64,000 bases of DNA from a virus (Duplodnaviria > Heunggongvirae > Uroviricota > Caudoviricetes). The translations under genes were made by a program, and so were the position numbers. The stretch covers positions 532,786-596,785 of the IMG/VR virus record IMGVR_UViG_3300020045_008999. One strand, given 5' to 3'. Positions 1-10,031 of the stretch are shown here, in pieces (position 1 is the first letter of the stretch; every line of letters starts with the position of its first letter). The notes beneath the pieces were generated by a model. The model ran no database searches and was not told the DNA's origin. It saw only the letters and a list, made by a program, of their open reading frames with translations.

Positions 1-1
1 G

Positions 2-871
2 GCAATTCAACGTGGTAGAGTTGGTATGAAAGATCCAAACAAACCATTATTTTCTGGATTATTGATCGGTAATTCCGGAGTTGGTAAAAGTGAATTAGCT
101 AAACAATTAGCCAGACAGATGTTTGATAATGACAGCTCATTAATTCGCATTGATATGAGTGAATATAGTGAGAAAGTATCGGTGAATAAAATAATCGGAT
201 CACCTAGTGGGTATATTGGTTATGACGATAGTAATATATTGGACAAAATCAAAAGAAATCCCTATAGTGTAATACTTTTCGATGAAATTGAAAAGGCACA
301 TCCTGAAGTGTTTAATCTATTCCTACAGATGTTAGATGATGGTCACTTGACTAATTCACAAGGGGTTACGGTATCATTCAAAAATACCATAATTTTAATG
401 ACATCAAATGTTGGTACACGAAAAGTAAAGGAATTTGGTAGTGGGTTAGGGTACGGAACATCAACCAAAGTTAATAATTCATCTGATTCAATCAGATCCA
501 TATTGGATAAAGAACTTAAAGTAGTATTTGCCCCGGAATTCTTAAATAGAATTGATGAAATAATTTATTTCAAAGATTTGGACCGCGAAGATATTAGTAA
601 AATTGTTATTTTAGAGACTAATAAGTCTTTGAAAAGAGCAAAAACATTAGGATTGGATGTATCAATAGATCAGAGTCTAATCGATCACATTGCTACGGTT
701 GGATATGATAAGGATTTTGGCGCAAGGCCCTTGAAAAGAGCTGTACAGAAATTTATCGATGATGCAATTACCGAATATATTATTAAGAACGAACCAATTA
801 AGTGTACACTGGTGATGAAATTGAGCGAATCACTAGAAACCGAGATCGAGGATGTTACCGAGAATATTTAA
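2..871 (+). CDS. ClpB/ClpC-family AAA+ chaperone, C-terminal ATPase domain (5' truncated by window)
   Basis: Frame open from window start (AIQRGRVGMKDPNKP); Walker A GNSGVGKS, RIDMSEY, Walker B ILFDEIEKAH, PEFLNRID, GARPLKR. Confidence 0.93.
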   Translation, partial: AIQRGRVGMKDPNKPLFSGLLIGNSGVGKSELAKQLARQMFDNDSSLIRIDMSEYSEKVSVNKIIGSPSGYIGYDDSNILDKIKRNPYSVILFDEIEKAHPEVFNLFLQMLDDGHLTNSQGVTVSFKNTIILMTSNVGTRKVKEFGSGLGYGTSTKVNNSSDSIRSILDKELKVVFAPEFLNRIDEIIYFKDLDREDISKIVILETNKSLKRAKTLGLDVSIDQSLIDHIATVGYDKDFGARPLKRAVQKFIDDAITEYIIKNEPIKCTLVMKLSESLETEIEDVTENI

Positions 872-905
872 AAAAAGAGGGAAGCTTAGCTTCCCTCTTT
901 TTTTT
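870..905. terminator. Bidirectional intrinsic terminator
   Basis: A-tract, GAGGGAAGC-TTA-GCTTCCCTC hairpin, T-tract between convergent genes. Confidence 0.85.
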
Positions 906-1503
906 AAAACTTTTGGATAATTTTTGGCACCCTACCAACCTCGAGTACTTTTGATTGATTCAACGCAAATTCGATGTCCATAAAATTAAAGCTAAATGTC
1001 ATTGTAAATACTTTGGCATTTACTTTTTGACTAGCATAATCAAATGTATTATCACTCAGGTCCATCGCGATTATTTCGGTAAATTTCATTCGATAAATTT
1101 CATCACGATGAATATCTAACACTGAAAGCATAAAAGGCTTGATGTATAAGTTTTCAACATCTAGGTAATTTTTGATAAATATATCAAGTAATAGCGTATA
1201 ATTCAAATCGGAATCTACTGATCTAAAAGTAACTTGTAGATTGTGATTCGTAAATATGTCTTGTACATTGGTTGCTGGCTTATATGTACGCACTTTACCT
1301 CTCATCAATGTTTGTTCCGGACTACTAATACTAAGTCCTGGAAAAGTTATTGATTTTATAGTAGAATTTAAGTAATCTATTACATTTGAATACTGTACAT
1401 GGTTTTTTTCCAATAGTGGGCTATACGTGTCTATAATTTCTGCCGGAATTAAATCACTCGGAAGATTAAATACAAATGCACTGGATTGACTGGATAATCT
1501 CAT
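904..1503 (-). CDS. T4 gp3-like tail tube terminator / tail-tube-fold protein
   Basis: Motif order SITFPG, LQVTF, LSVLD, DLSDNTFDY, FTMTFSF resembles T4 gp3/gp19-fold proteins. Confidence 0.6.
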   Translation of the reverse strand: MRLSSQSSAFVFNLPSDLIPAEIIDTYSPLLEKNHVQYSNVIDYLNSTIKSITFPGLSISSPEQTLMRGKVRTYKPATNVQDIFTNHNLQVTFRSVDSDLNYTLLLDIFIKNYLDVENLYIKPFMLSVLDIHRDEIYRMKFTEIIAMDLSDNTFDYASQKVNAKVFTMTFSFNFMDIEFALNQSKVLEVGRVPKIIQKF

Positions 1504-1506
1504 TTT

Positions 1507-3291
1507 TTAAATATTATTTGTGTTATCGATAGTAGTGGTTTCTATGGTACGAATAGTAACAACCGCTGTTTCCTGAATCGCGTTAGATTCTTCGGTGATG
1601 ATAGTATCCTCAGCAATTATTTGTTGTGCATTTATATCATTTAGATTATCATTATTATCCCATATTTTGAATAACCCAGAATAAATCGAGGTTGTCAAAC
1701 TATCGCTGGTTGTGGTGATATAGAATGTATTATATCCACTGTTGTACATTTTTCGAATATCATTAATTTTAGAACTGGAAATTTTAAATACAACAGCACC
1801 GATCGTTAATGAAACTTGACCACCCTCCATGTACAATGGAAAAGCATAGGTATTTTTATCACTTTTAAATACAATATTTATGTCCCCGGCAGCAGACAAA
1901 TCTAAATAATTAATTATTGAATTATCTATTCTGTCAGCAATGATCAATTTTACAATATTATCAAAGGGGAATAACATTATTTTACACTCACCCATTCCCC
2001 AGAATGTATCTTTCCCAACCCGAACACTATTACTCTTACACACAACACTGTTTTTATCAATTAGTACCGGAAATGGTACCTTAATAGGCTCTAGCTGGAT
2101 ACTAGTTGATCCAACCCCGATACCAACCTCGCCAGACAATATCCCAGCACCCAATGGATTTTTGATGTTATATATTTTGGGTTTGTTTGCAGTGGCTAGA
2201 TTAATTTTCATCATCTTTAGTGAGTATTTGGATACTTCATCCTGTAACATTCCATAAGATGCTCTTCGCTGCAATTGTGATCCATCGATTATATCAATCA
2301 AATTCATTTCAACATCTATTATCGCAGTAGTGGTGGAGTATTTAATGATTGGCCTATACTCAATTTTTTCATTGAAATTATCCGCTACGTAAATGCTTAT
2401 GGTTTTACCCCTAATATTTTGTTCGTATATGGTAATTTTATATTCAACGTTATATTTATGTCCTTGTGAAATAGCGTTTAGAATCATGCTTTTGAAATCA
2501 AAAAGAGAATTATTGAATGTCCCATATACCTCAAAGAAATCACCATTGGTAGAATGTTCTATCTTAACACCCATGTTTTCAAATTCTGGTGCTTGTGGTA
2601 CACTGACCACCGATTTAGGACCAAGTGAATATGTAGTAATTCCACTTATGACATTTTTGGAAGTTACGAAACTGAATTCTAGAAAAATTGGTGACGACGA
2701 ACTAAGTCCAACACCATTGGTTAAATTATAGTTTATCGTGTTTTCTTTTGCCATATTACCATCCCGTTGTTTAGACAACGCAAATATTGATGGTACATTG
2801 AGATCAATACACTTTCCCCATAGAGTATCCTGGTATCGAAGTGGTGGTGATGTATATCCAATGATCCCTAATGTATTGACGTCAGACATGTCAATATAAA
2901 AATTAGATATATCATATTTGTTTCGCATATTGTTATCATATGTATATGCTTTAATATGAAAACCGATATAATTACCAAATGTATAGTTTATTGGCATGTG
3001 AACCTTGATAGTATCATGGCGCACTGGCATGGAATTGATATAGTCTTTAGTTTGTAAAAAAAGGTAATTTGAAGTATCCACTTTCCCCCACTTTCCCCCA
3101 ACGGCATCAATGGTGAACAATGTGTTTGATAACTTATTTATAGTTGATGATGAAGACCCAGCTGCATATGATTGCGTTGATTCTTTAGAATTTAGTATTA
3201 TTGAATATGGATCAGATATTAAATTACCATCATCATACACATATTGTAACATTATGTCTTTATCAACCTTAATAAATTTAGAAACTTTCAT
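1507..3291 (-). CDS. Putative virion structural protein (594 aa)
   Basis: Long beta-rich ORF upstream of the gp3-like gene, preceded by TTTTATATATA late-type motif (3311-3321, minus). Confidence 0.45.
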   Translation of the reverse strand: MKVSKFIKVDKDIMLQYVYDDGNLISDPYSIILNSKESTQSYAAGSSSSTINKLSNTLFTIDAVGGKWGKVDTSNYLFLQTKDYINSMPVRHDTIKVHMPINYTFGNYIGFHIKAYTYDNNMRNKYDISNFYIDMSDVNTLGIIGYTSPPLRYQDTLWGKCIDLNVPSIFALSKQRDGNMAKENTINYNLTNGVGLSSSSPIFLEFSFVTSKNVISGITTYSLGPKSVVSVPQAPEFENMGVKIEHSTNGDFFEVYGTFNNSLFDFKSMILNAISQGHKYNVEYKITIYEQNIRGKTISIYVADNFNEKIEYRPIIKYSTTTAIIDVEMNLIDIIDGSQLQRRASYGMLQDEVSKYSLKMMKINLATANKPKIYNIKNPLGAGILSGEVGIGVGSTSIQLEPIKVPFPVLIDKNSVVCKSNSVRVGKDTFWGMGECKIMLFPFDNIVKLIIADRIDNSIINYLDLSAAGDINIVFKSDKNTYAFPLYMEGGQVSLTIGAVVFKISSSKINDIRKMYNSGYNTFYITTTSDSLTTSIYSGLFKIWDNNDNLNDINAQQIIAEDTIITEESNAIQETAVVTIRTIETTTIDNTNNI

Positions 3292-3330
3292 CCAAAATAT
3301 ATATTTTTTTTATATATAAAAAAACCGATA

Positions 3331-3729
3331 CTATGTATCGGTTTTTTTCATTTTATCAAACAATGTTGAACGAATTTCATCATCACTCGAATTTGGATTG
3401 TGTTTTTTTATTTCTAGATAAAGTTCCTCTTCATCCCGCTTTAATCGTTCTATACTTACATTAATTGGATCTATTAATTTCGAAATTCGATCACTTTCAG
3501 TTTCCATTTCGGTCATTTTATCCAGAATGTGTTTAGTTGCTTCGTTTATACTACTCACTTGTTTAATAGGTCCGGATATGTATTGCTCTAATTCACCGGT
3601 TATTTTTAATAAATATTCCGTTAATAACTTCGCTTCCGATTCATAATTACCTAAATTTTGCTTAAGAATATTAAATTCATTTTTTATGCTGATTGCGCTA
3701 TCAACCAAGGTGTCATCAATATAAACCAT
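3331..3729 (-). CDS. Hypothetical coiled-coil protein
   Basis: ORF, helical E/K-rich. Confidence 0.6.
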   Translation of the reverse strand: MVYIDDTLVDSAISIKNEFNILKQNLGNYESEAKLLTEYLLKITGELEQYISGPIKQVSSINEATKHILDKMTEMETESDRISKLIDPINVSIERLKRDEEELYLEIKKHNPNSSDDEIRSTLFDKMKKTDT

Positions 3730-4586
3730 TATTGAGTTAATTTTTTTGTTGGTGTTGTTTTACTATTTGATCTAGGGGTTCTAGGTTTTTTATTTACCAC
3801 AACAGTACTTTCAACAATAGTTGGGTTTACAACCCCACCAAGTTTATTTTCAGAAACAATTTTATTAATCTCATCAATGATCAACTGTTTAATTGCGTTA
3901 GGATCTGCTAATAATTTATTAGTAAACTCATCGGCAAGGTATTCGATAATAGACGTGTTATACGAATCTTCCATCATTTCTATAAAATCGATTCTTGGTA
4001 TCATGCCAGCAATCTTGACATCTACACTAAACTCTTTACTACGTTTAACCCCTTTAAACATTACATAAATAGGATCCTCGGTGACCACTGCCGCAAAGGA
4101 CGGTACGTTAGTGCTAATTGGTTGATGTACTTCAACCACACCGGAGTCGTCAATTATGGACTGCAACATATCGCTTTGTATTCTGGCTTGTTCTAATGAA
4201 GACGAACCATTGCTCATTTGTGAAACTCGATCTTCTAACAGTCTACGCTCTTCCGAAGGATCAACATCAATGATTAATGATTCACCACCCGGATTAAAAT
4301 TATTATACCCAGTACTCAGTTCCACAATTCCAGCATCTTGTTGCATTTGTTCTAATACTTCATCCGGAACGGCTTTTATTTTCTCACTCAATAAATTATA
4401 AGCAGATTTTGTTAAAAATTCGGCCGGATCTATAAAATCATCATACGCGCTTTTATCCAATAGTTTTATTATTGAAACATTCATATTATCATCCAACAAT
4501 GCAACATCACCATCCTGACTGATCACTGAACTAGTGACATTATTGGATAAATTAACATATTTCTTACCTACTAAATTTGGATACAT
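3729..4586 (-). CDS. Hypothetical protein with basic C-terminal tail
   Basis: 285-aa ORF, AACTTT-N14-GTATAA motif upstream. Confidence 0.65.
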   Translation of the reverse strand: MYPNLVGKKYVNLSNNVTSSVISQDGDVALLDDNMNVSIIKLLDKSAYDDFIDPAEFLTKSAYNLLSEKIKAVPDEVLEQMQQDAGIVELSTGYNNFNPGGESLIIDVDPSEERRLLEDRVSQMSNGSSSLEQARIQSDMLQSIIDDSGVVEVHQPISTNVPSFAAVVTEDPIYVMFKGVKRSKEFSVDVKIAGMIPRIDFIEMMEDSYNTSIIEYLADEFTNKLLADPNAIKQLIIDEINKIVSENKLGGVVNPTIVESTVVVNKKPRTPRSNSKTTPTKKLTQ

Positions 4587-4604
4587 ACTAACTATTTTTT
4601 ATTT

Positions 4605-4631
4605 TTATACTCATTATATAGTAAAAAGTTG
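4605..4631 (-). promoter_or_regulatory. Putative phage promoter (C)AACTTT-N14-GTATAA
   Basis: Fixed-spacing motif recurring at 7 gene starts in this window. Confidence 0.55.
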
Positions 4632-4639
4632 TATATTTG
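4632..4639 (+). promoter_or_regulatory. Bacteroidota-type -7 promoter element TATATTTG
   Basis: Matches TAnnTTTG; heads a plus-strand cluster of small genes. Confidence 0.6.
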
Positions 4640-4657
4640 TTTGTAAATATTTAATAC

Positions 4658-5062
4658 TTGGAAAATATGAAAGCATTTTTAAATAAAGATAACCGAATTA
4701 AACGCGATGAAAATTATGGTTTAATGAGCTCAATACGAACTATCATAGCCAATCGAATAAGGGATGAATATAATTCCGAGTTATCCGCACTGGCCACGGA
4801 GCAAGATAAGCTATTGAAAACTGAGTTTGCATTTTATGATTCGGTATGGGAAATTCTCAAAACAATTACACCAACAACCAAAGTGAAAATTATTACTCAG
4901 GTTGGTCCAGGTTCATCAATTTCAAACGAACATATTGGCACAGTTACTGATTTCCCATTAGTTTGGAGTGGTCAGAAGCATTTCAACTTTATTTCTCACA
5001 ATTTAGATAACGAGAAACGCACAATAGGTTTCAGTTGTCTTCAATCAATTGAAATTATTTAA
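4658..5062 (+). CDS. Hypothetical protein
   Basis: ORF; start may be the downstream ATG (MKAFLNK). Confidence 0.6.
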   Translation: MENMKAFLNKDNRIKRDENYGLMSSIRTIIANRIRDEYNSELSALATEQDKLLKTEFAFYDSVWEILKTITPTTKVKIITQVGPGSSISNEHIGTVTDFPLVWSGQKHFNFISHNLDNEKRTIGFSCLQSIEII

Positions 5063-5063
5063 T

Positions 5064-5318
5064 ATGGTAAAGTATATAAGACTACTGAGTTACACCGGCG
5101 CGTTGACGGTTATCGATTTCGTGGATAGTACCCAATCAAGTGATAATTATGCGAATATAACCCCTGGTGGGTTATGTGTGAATGTTAATGAAAAGGATTG
5201 GGAATTAGTACTCAATTTTATTCAATCACTAAATACTAGATTTGAAGTGACTGATGAACATCCCATGGCGGTAGAGTCTCGCATCGTGAAAGACTATAAA
5301 TTGAATAATTTGATATAA
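5064..5318 (+). CDS. Hypothetical protein
   Basis: ORF; ATG at 5064 preferred over TTG 5049. Confidence 0.55.
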   Translation: MVKYIRLLSYTGALTVIDFVDSTQSSDNYANITPGGLCVNVNEKDWELVLNFIQSLNTRFEVTDEHPMAVESRIVKDYKLNNLI

Positions 5319-5349
5319 TCGTCTAAAAAATATAATTTACAAAAGAAGT

Positions 5350-5982
5350 ATGAAATATGGTGATTTACCAGTACCTATATGCGAATATCGCATAAAATGT
5401 GACGAGATGATGTTTTATCAATACTTACCAATCAAAATGGTATTATCTGATGAAATAAAATATGAGCCTAGATTAAACTGTTTTGATGCAATTATATCTA
5501 AAATCTGTGATGATTTTATAGAATTATTTGGAGAAAGTGCTTATCACAATCACTACATTTACCTAACCGCAAAACACCAATATCAAGTCGCCAACACCTC
5601 TTTTAATCGTTTAGGGTACCATTCCGATGGATTTATGACCGATGACATTAATTATATTTGGAGTGATGCAAACCCAACGATTTTCAATAATTCCGACTTT
5701 ACTATAACACAAGATGATCGAATTTCATTGAGTGAGATGGAAACACAAGCCCGTGCTGAAAATCAAATAGTATATAGAGATAACAACATACTTCGATTAA
5801 ATCAATTTAATATTCATAAAGTTAACGAGTGTGATTTCAGTGGCATGCGGACTTTTTTAAAAATATCATTCAGTGTTGATAAATATGACTTGATTGGAAA
5901 TTCTCATAATTATTCACTCGATTATAATTGGGAAATGAAATTGAGACAAACCGAGCGAAATATACCACAATCTAATAAATAA
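5350..5982 (+). CDS. Putative 2OG-Fe(II) dioxygenase-fold protein
   Basis: GYHSDG (HxD), distal H (NIHKV), RTFLKIS (R-x-x-x-x-x-S). Confidence 0.55.
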   Translation: MKYGDLPVPICEYRIKCDEMMFYQYLPIKMVLSDEIKYEPRLNCFDAIISKICDDFIELFGESAYHNHYIYLTAKHQYQVANTSFNRLGYHSDGFMTDDINYIWSDANPTIFNNSDFTITQDDRISLSEMETQARAENQIVYRDNNILRLNQFNIHKVNECDFSGMRTFLKISFSVDKYDLIGNSHNYSLDYNWEMKLRQTERNIPQSNK

Positions 5983-5990
5983 TATACATT

Positions 5991-6200
5991 ATGTGTAAAA
6001 ATAAAGGGGAATATAATGGTAAGTGTAATATTACTAGTTGCTCGACCGGCATACCAGCGTTATGGTTTAATCATAGCACTGAATTATATTATTGCGCTTC
6101 ATGTGCCAATCGTTTAAATAGTGACCCATATAATAAACAGGATGCGCAGCGATTATTTGGTCATGATTTGTGTACTAAAACAATCCACTTAAATGAATAA
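5991..6200 (+). CDS. Small Cys-rich (zinc-binding) protein
   Basis: CNITSC, YYCASCA, final C. Confidence 0.55.
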   Translation: MCKNKGEYNGKCNITSCSTGIPALWFNHSTELYYCASCANRLNSDPYNKQDAQRLFGHDLCTKTIHLNE

Positions 6201-6546
6201 TGAATTGATCATATTGAAAAATATACTCAATGAATTCCTAACTATTAATACCGAACGGGCCTCAGTGGAGGTTGTTAATCAGGCAATGGGAATTATCGGG
6301 TTTATATCATTACCATATCTTGAATATCTTGAGTGTTGGTATATTAGTACAGCACACACTATTTGTATTGACTTTACTGATGGACCGGCCACACTGTTTT
6401 TAGAAATTGGTAAAACTAAATTGGGATATTTTACAGATGGTGAGTATAAAACATATCAGGATAAATTAGACATAGATTCTGTTGACAACACCCGGCTCGC
6501 AATTACACTTTTGAATAATGATTTCAGTAAAGCATTTAAATCATAA
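6193..6546 (+). CDS. Hypothetical protein
   Basis: ORF overlapping previous stop. Confidence 0.55.
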   Translation: MNNELIILKNILNEFLTINTERASVEVVNQAMGIIGFISLPYLEYLECWYISTAHTICIDFTDGPATLFLEIGKTKLGYFTDGEYKTYQDKLDIDSVDNTRLAITLLNNDFSKAFKS

Positions 6547-6550
6547 TAAT

Positions 6551-6970
6551 ATGAATAGACCATTATTCCGGGCAATTGCCAGTAAGACAGCAGCCAGCAG
6601 CATTTTTTGGGACGAAAAATTTGTCAATGGATGTGTGATACACAGTCCCGATAAAATAACATCACGCATAATAAATGATGAAACAGACGTTGAAGTGGAT
6701 AGTGATACAATTGGCAGATTTACTAATCTCGAAAATAAAGATGGGCATGAATTATGTGCGGGTGATTTAATATTTCTATACGGTAAACTATACACAATTG
6801 TAGATCATGTTTGGAAATTTTCATTTGAACGCAATTTGGTTTATTTTGGTGAGAATAAGGAAATTGACTTAGACGAAGATACTGCATACGAAGCAGTCTT
6901 AGTGGGTAACATACACCAAAACATTGATCTAGTAAAAAGTGAAAAAATAAAATATGAACAAATGTTATAA
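6551..6970 (+). CDS. YopX-family protein
   Basis: LFRA N-terminus, TIGRFTNLENKDGHELCAGDLI, VGNIHQN. Confidence 0.7.
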   Translation: MNRPLFRAIASKTAASSIFWDEKFVNGCVIHSPDKITSRIINDETDVEVDSDTIGRFTNLENKDGHELCAGDLIFLYGKLYTIVDHVWKFSFERNLVYFGENKEIDLDEDTAYEAVLVGNIHQNIDLVKSEKIKYEQML

Positions 6971-6996
6971 AAATCAAATTATTAACATTTTAGGTA

Positions 6997-7030
6997 AAAA
7001 AACCCCCCATTATAAATAATGGGGGGTTTT
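6997..7030. terminator. Bidirectional intrinsic terminator
   Basis: AAAACCCCCCATT-loop-AATGGGGGGTTTT between convergent genes. Confidence 0.85.
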
Positions 7031-7045
7031 GTATATATAACTTAG

Positions 7046-8026
7046 TTACATATTTGCAAAGAAGTCTTCATCGCTGGTATCGGATACCGTTTGAAAAGAA
7101 TTTTCTTCTGGTACCAAAGTTTCTTCTAAGTCAAAATCATTTGCGGATGGTTTAGTATTACCAAATCCACTTGGAACTGATCCTGTAAGAAATGCTTTAA
7201 TTTCAATAATTTTGGTATTTTGCTCCGGTGTTAATTTTTTAGGTGCATAATCAGCCAATTCATGATCTCTGTCCAAAAGGAAATCTTTAACAATTTGGTG
7301 AAATTTAGGATTTATCTTTTTCACAAATTTACCATCCACTTCAACCTCAGATAATGGAACGTTTCCAAAAACTGCCTTTTCTTTGTTATAAATTGGTAAT
7401 GAAGAAGACTCTTGTCTAAACATAGCATTTTTATAATCTGGGTAAGTAATTTCGCCCGTTTGGATTTCTTTTGCGATTAATACGAAATCTTTACCATCAA
7501 TCCAGTCAAAAACATTGCATTCAACACCTGAAATCTCACCAGTTTTTTCTTGGATGATTTTGTCTTGGATGATTTTACCATATTGAAAAATCATAATTTT
7601 CCCAACTAATTCCGGTTGTTGCTCATCTTCCATGATCAATACATATGAATAGTATTTTCTTGAATATTGTAAGCATTTTGCTTTTTCCACCTGAACCGCA
7701 TTTCCTGACTTTGTCATTGTGTAGTACAAGCTACTTAATTCACAATCTTCATTGAAGTTTTTTGGTGAGTCAAAAAATCCAGATAATTCTTTAACGTTTT
7801 TGATGTTTACGTAATGAGAAATTTTCTCAATTGCGGATTGACCAAATGTCAATTCTTTTGTCAAGTTTGGCAAAAATCTGATTACCGAACGGTAACCCCT
7901 TTTTTTGTCTTTTACCTTACTCAAGTCAACTCTATACATTCCGTCCGAGTTTACTGTTTTCTTATCTTCTAAGAAATCCATTTTTGTGTTTAGATCTACG
8001 CTAAACAAGTCATCTAATTCTGCCAT
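7046..8026 (-). CDS. T4 gp32-like single-stranded DNA-binding protein
   Basis: VIRFLP, YYSYVLIMEDEQQPELVGKIMIFQYGKII, YPDY, acidic tail DEDFFANM. Confidence 0.85.
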   Translation of the reverse strand: MAELDDLFSVDLNTKMDFLEDKKTVNSDGMYRVDLSKVKDKKRGYRSVIRFLPNLTKELTFGQSAIEKISHYVNIKNVKELSGFFDSPKNFNEDCELSSLYYTMTKSGNAVQVEKAKCLQYSRKYYSYVLIMEDEQQPELVGKIMIFQYGKIIQDKIIQEKTGEISGVECNVFDWIDGKDFVLIAKEIQTGEITYPDYKNAMFRQESSSLPIYNKEKAVFGNVPLSEVEVDGKFVKKINPKFHQIVKDFLLDRDHELADYAPKKLTPEQNTKIIEIKAFLTGSVPSGFGNTKPSANDFDLEETLVPEENSFQTVSDTSDEDFFANM

Positions 8027-8065
8027 AATTGCCGTTTTTAATTTTTTAATTGTTTTTATTTTAAG

Positions 8066-8092
8066 TTATACTCAGTTTTAATGAAAAAGTTT
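8066..8092 (-). promoter_or_regulatory. Putative phage promoter AAACTTT-N14-GTATAA upstream of ssb
   Basis: Exact motif with 14-nt spacer. Confidence 0.6.
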
Positions 8093-8195
8093 AGATTATT
8101 TGAATAATTTTATTTATCTTTGTTCATTGAAACAATTGTTATACACACATTATATGTATAAGTTGTTTAAAATATCAAAATAAAAATATTAGCAT

Positions 8196-8384
8196 ATGAA
8201 TGAATTCGTAAAGAATATGGTCATATCAATGATTTCGTTGGGTTTGACACTGTATATACTATTTTGCATACCATGTAAAGTGGGTGATGTTATATGGTTA
8301 TGCAGCCTCGTCCCAAACTTCGTATTCGGGATATATCTATCCAAAGCAATATACCCAATCCGTTCTAAGATCACACGTAATTAA
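8196..8384 (+). CDS. Small membrane protein
   Basis: Two hydrophobic segments; TATCTTTG at 8115-8122 upstream. Confidence 0.5.
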   Translation: MNEFVKNMVISMISLGLTLYILFCIPCKVGDVIWLCSLVPNFVFGIYLSKAIYPIRSKITRN

Positions 8385-8533
8385 ATTCGAAAAAACATGA
8401 AGGCAATAAAACAATGGATATTGGATTTTTTAAATAAACAAGAGGAAAGACGCAACCGGGAACCAAACGCTAAAAGGGATCAGGCCAGTATATCTTCGGA
8501 GCTCTCTAATTTATCAAATATATTTAAACATAA

Positions 8534-8764
8534 ATGAACATGAGCGAAATGAGCATGGATGAAACCTTGGCGTATATAATTAGTGATTTGAAAATTAAAA
8601 ATCGCGTTATAGTAATTGATAACATATTGAACAATCTAGATGCACCATTATTAACTATAAGAGATCATCCTAAATATATTCAAAAAATAAATTCTTTTAA
8701 TAATTGTAGTAAATCTTACTTTAGTAGCAGTTCCGGACTTAGAAGGTTGCTTAAAAAATATTAA
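8534..8764 (+). CDS. Hypothetical protein, paralog of 9183-9407
   Basis: Shared D(L/I)KxKNR-x7-N..D.PLL.I.DHP block. Confidence 0.6.
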   Translation: MNMSEMSMDETLAYIISDLKIKNRVIVIDNILNNLDAPLLTIRDHPKYIQKINSFNNCSKSYFSSSSGLRRLLKKY

Positions 8765-8784
8765 ATTTATAAAACTATGCCAAA

Positions 8785-9180
8785 ATGAGTGATCAGTCAA
8801 TTTATGTTACCAAACGACATACTATAGATCTAGTGAGTGAAAACTTGATTTATGTATTACAAGAAAAATTCAATTTTGACTATCAGGTGAATAGTGCATT
8901 TATTGAAATACAAACTGTTTTCGGACAAGCTGATCTAGGTGGTCCAATACTAATTGAAGATTTGATCACTTTGTTGAAGAATTTGAAGGAAATGGGTAGC
9001 ACCCATGTTGAAATTGACTACCATATTGATCACGGTGAGTACCTACTTAGTGGATACATTATAGAAGAGTCATCCGAAGAAGAAATAGCAAAGTGGAAAG
9101 TTAATAAAACCCAAATGGATTTGAGGAACCTGAGAATTCGGGAACTACAAGAAGAAATAAATGAATTAAGACGTATATAA
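8785..9180 (+). CDS. Hypothetical protein
   Basis: ORF with C-terminal coiled coil. Confidence 0.6.
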   Translation: MSDQSIYVTKRHTIDLVSENLIYVLQEKFNFDYQVNSAFIEIQTVFGQADLGGPILIEDLITLLKNLKEMGSTHVEIDYHIDHGEYLLSGYIIEESSEEEIAKWKVNKTQMDLRNLRIRELQEEINELRRI

Positions 9181-9182
9181 AA

Positions 9183-9407
9183 ATGGAAAATGATACAACA
9201 ATCACTCTGACTGATGATAAAATCGCAGAGATTACCAGGGATATAAAAGCTAAAAATAGAATAATTACTACTTCCAACATCATAGATAATACGGATAAAC
9301 CATTACTTAGTATAATGGACCACCCCACATTCGCGGTCAAGTATCATTATGGACACATCGATGCCAATGGTGTGGATGTTCACTATTTAATTGAGTATTA
9401 TAAATAG
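9183..9407 (+). CDS. Hypothetical protein, paralog of 8534-8764
   Basis: Shared sequence block. Confidence 0.6.
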   Translation: MENDTTITLTDDKIAEITRDIKAKNRIITTSNIIDNTDKPLLSIMDHPTFAVKYHYGHIDANGVDVHYLIEYYK

Positions 9408-9451
9408 CAAATCACCATTTAATATATACTGCAAATAAAAAAATATTAGAA

Positions 9452-9694
9452 ATGGAAAATATTAAAAAATATGAAGACTTTGGTGCTGACGATAAGTATT
9501 CTGATAAACAATTTAGATTAGAAGATCGCCGTGGCAAGGGGCAGCGAGTTGTGCTTCCGCAAAAACACTTTTTAGACACATGGGATTTATACCAATTGAG
9601 CTACGATGAAGTTTCCTTACTCGATTTCCTTACCGAGAGTAATATAGGTGATTCGTGGGAGGATTCTAGTTATAAAATAACCTGTATTGGGTAA
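9452..9694 (+). CDS. Putative internal head protein
   Basis: N-terminus MENIKKYEDF; TTTAATATATA at 9418-9428. Confidence 0.45.
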   Translation: MENIKKYEDFGADDKYSDKQFRLEDRRGKGQRVVLPQKHFLDTWDLYQLSYDEVSLLDFLTESNIGDSWEDSSYKITCIG

Positions 9695-9698
9695 AACC

Positions 9699-9730
9699 AA
9701 AAAGCAATGATTTATATCATTGCTTTTTTT
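9699..9730. terminator. Bidirectional intrinsic terminator
   Basis: AAAAAGCAATGAT-loop-ATCATTGCTTTTT. Confidence 0.8.
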
Positions 9731-9734
9731 ATTT

Positions 9735-10031
9735 CTATCCCATTGCATCAGACGAAAATGGATGATCATCATCTGAATTCCATGAATCTATATTGACTTT
9801 TCCATGAAATGCTTTCCACCTAGCATTGGCAGGGGAAATTCGAGTTGTGTTGTTGCGTTTGTTTGGAGTGACTGAATTCCAATACGCGTCTTTACACACC
9901 GTCCCCGGTTTGTTCTTACAAAATGCTTGTTGATGTTGCGTTTTGACAAAACACTCATTGCAGCTTGGACAAAAACATTTATCACCGATTACTAATTCCT
10001 TATTTAACTTATATCTTTCTACTTTTTTCAT
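9735..10031 (-). CDS. Small zinc-finger protein
   Basis: CPSC then QAFC...VCKD. Confidence 0.55.
   Translation of the reverse strand: MKKVERYKLNKELVIGDKCFCPSCNECFVKTQHQQAFCKNKPGTVCKDAYWNSVTPNKRNNTTRISPANARWKAFHGKVNIDSWNSDDDHPFSSDAMG

Noticed and set aside
1940-2731. Antisense ORFs inside long genes (also e.g. 13491-13868, 40069-40515, 56702-57175, 59254-60125)
   Set aside because: Shadow ORFs opposite well-supported genes, no motifs
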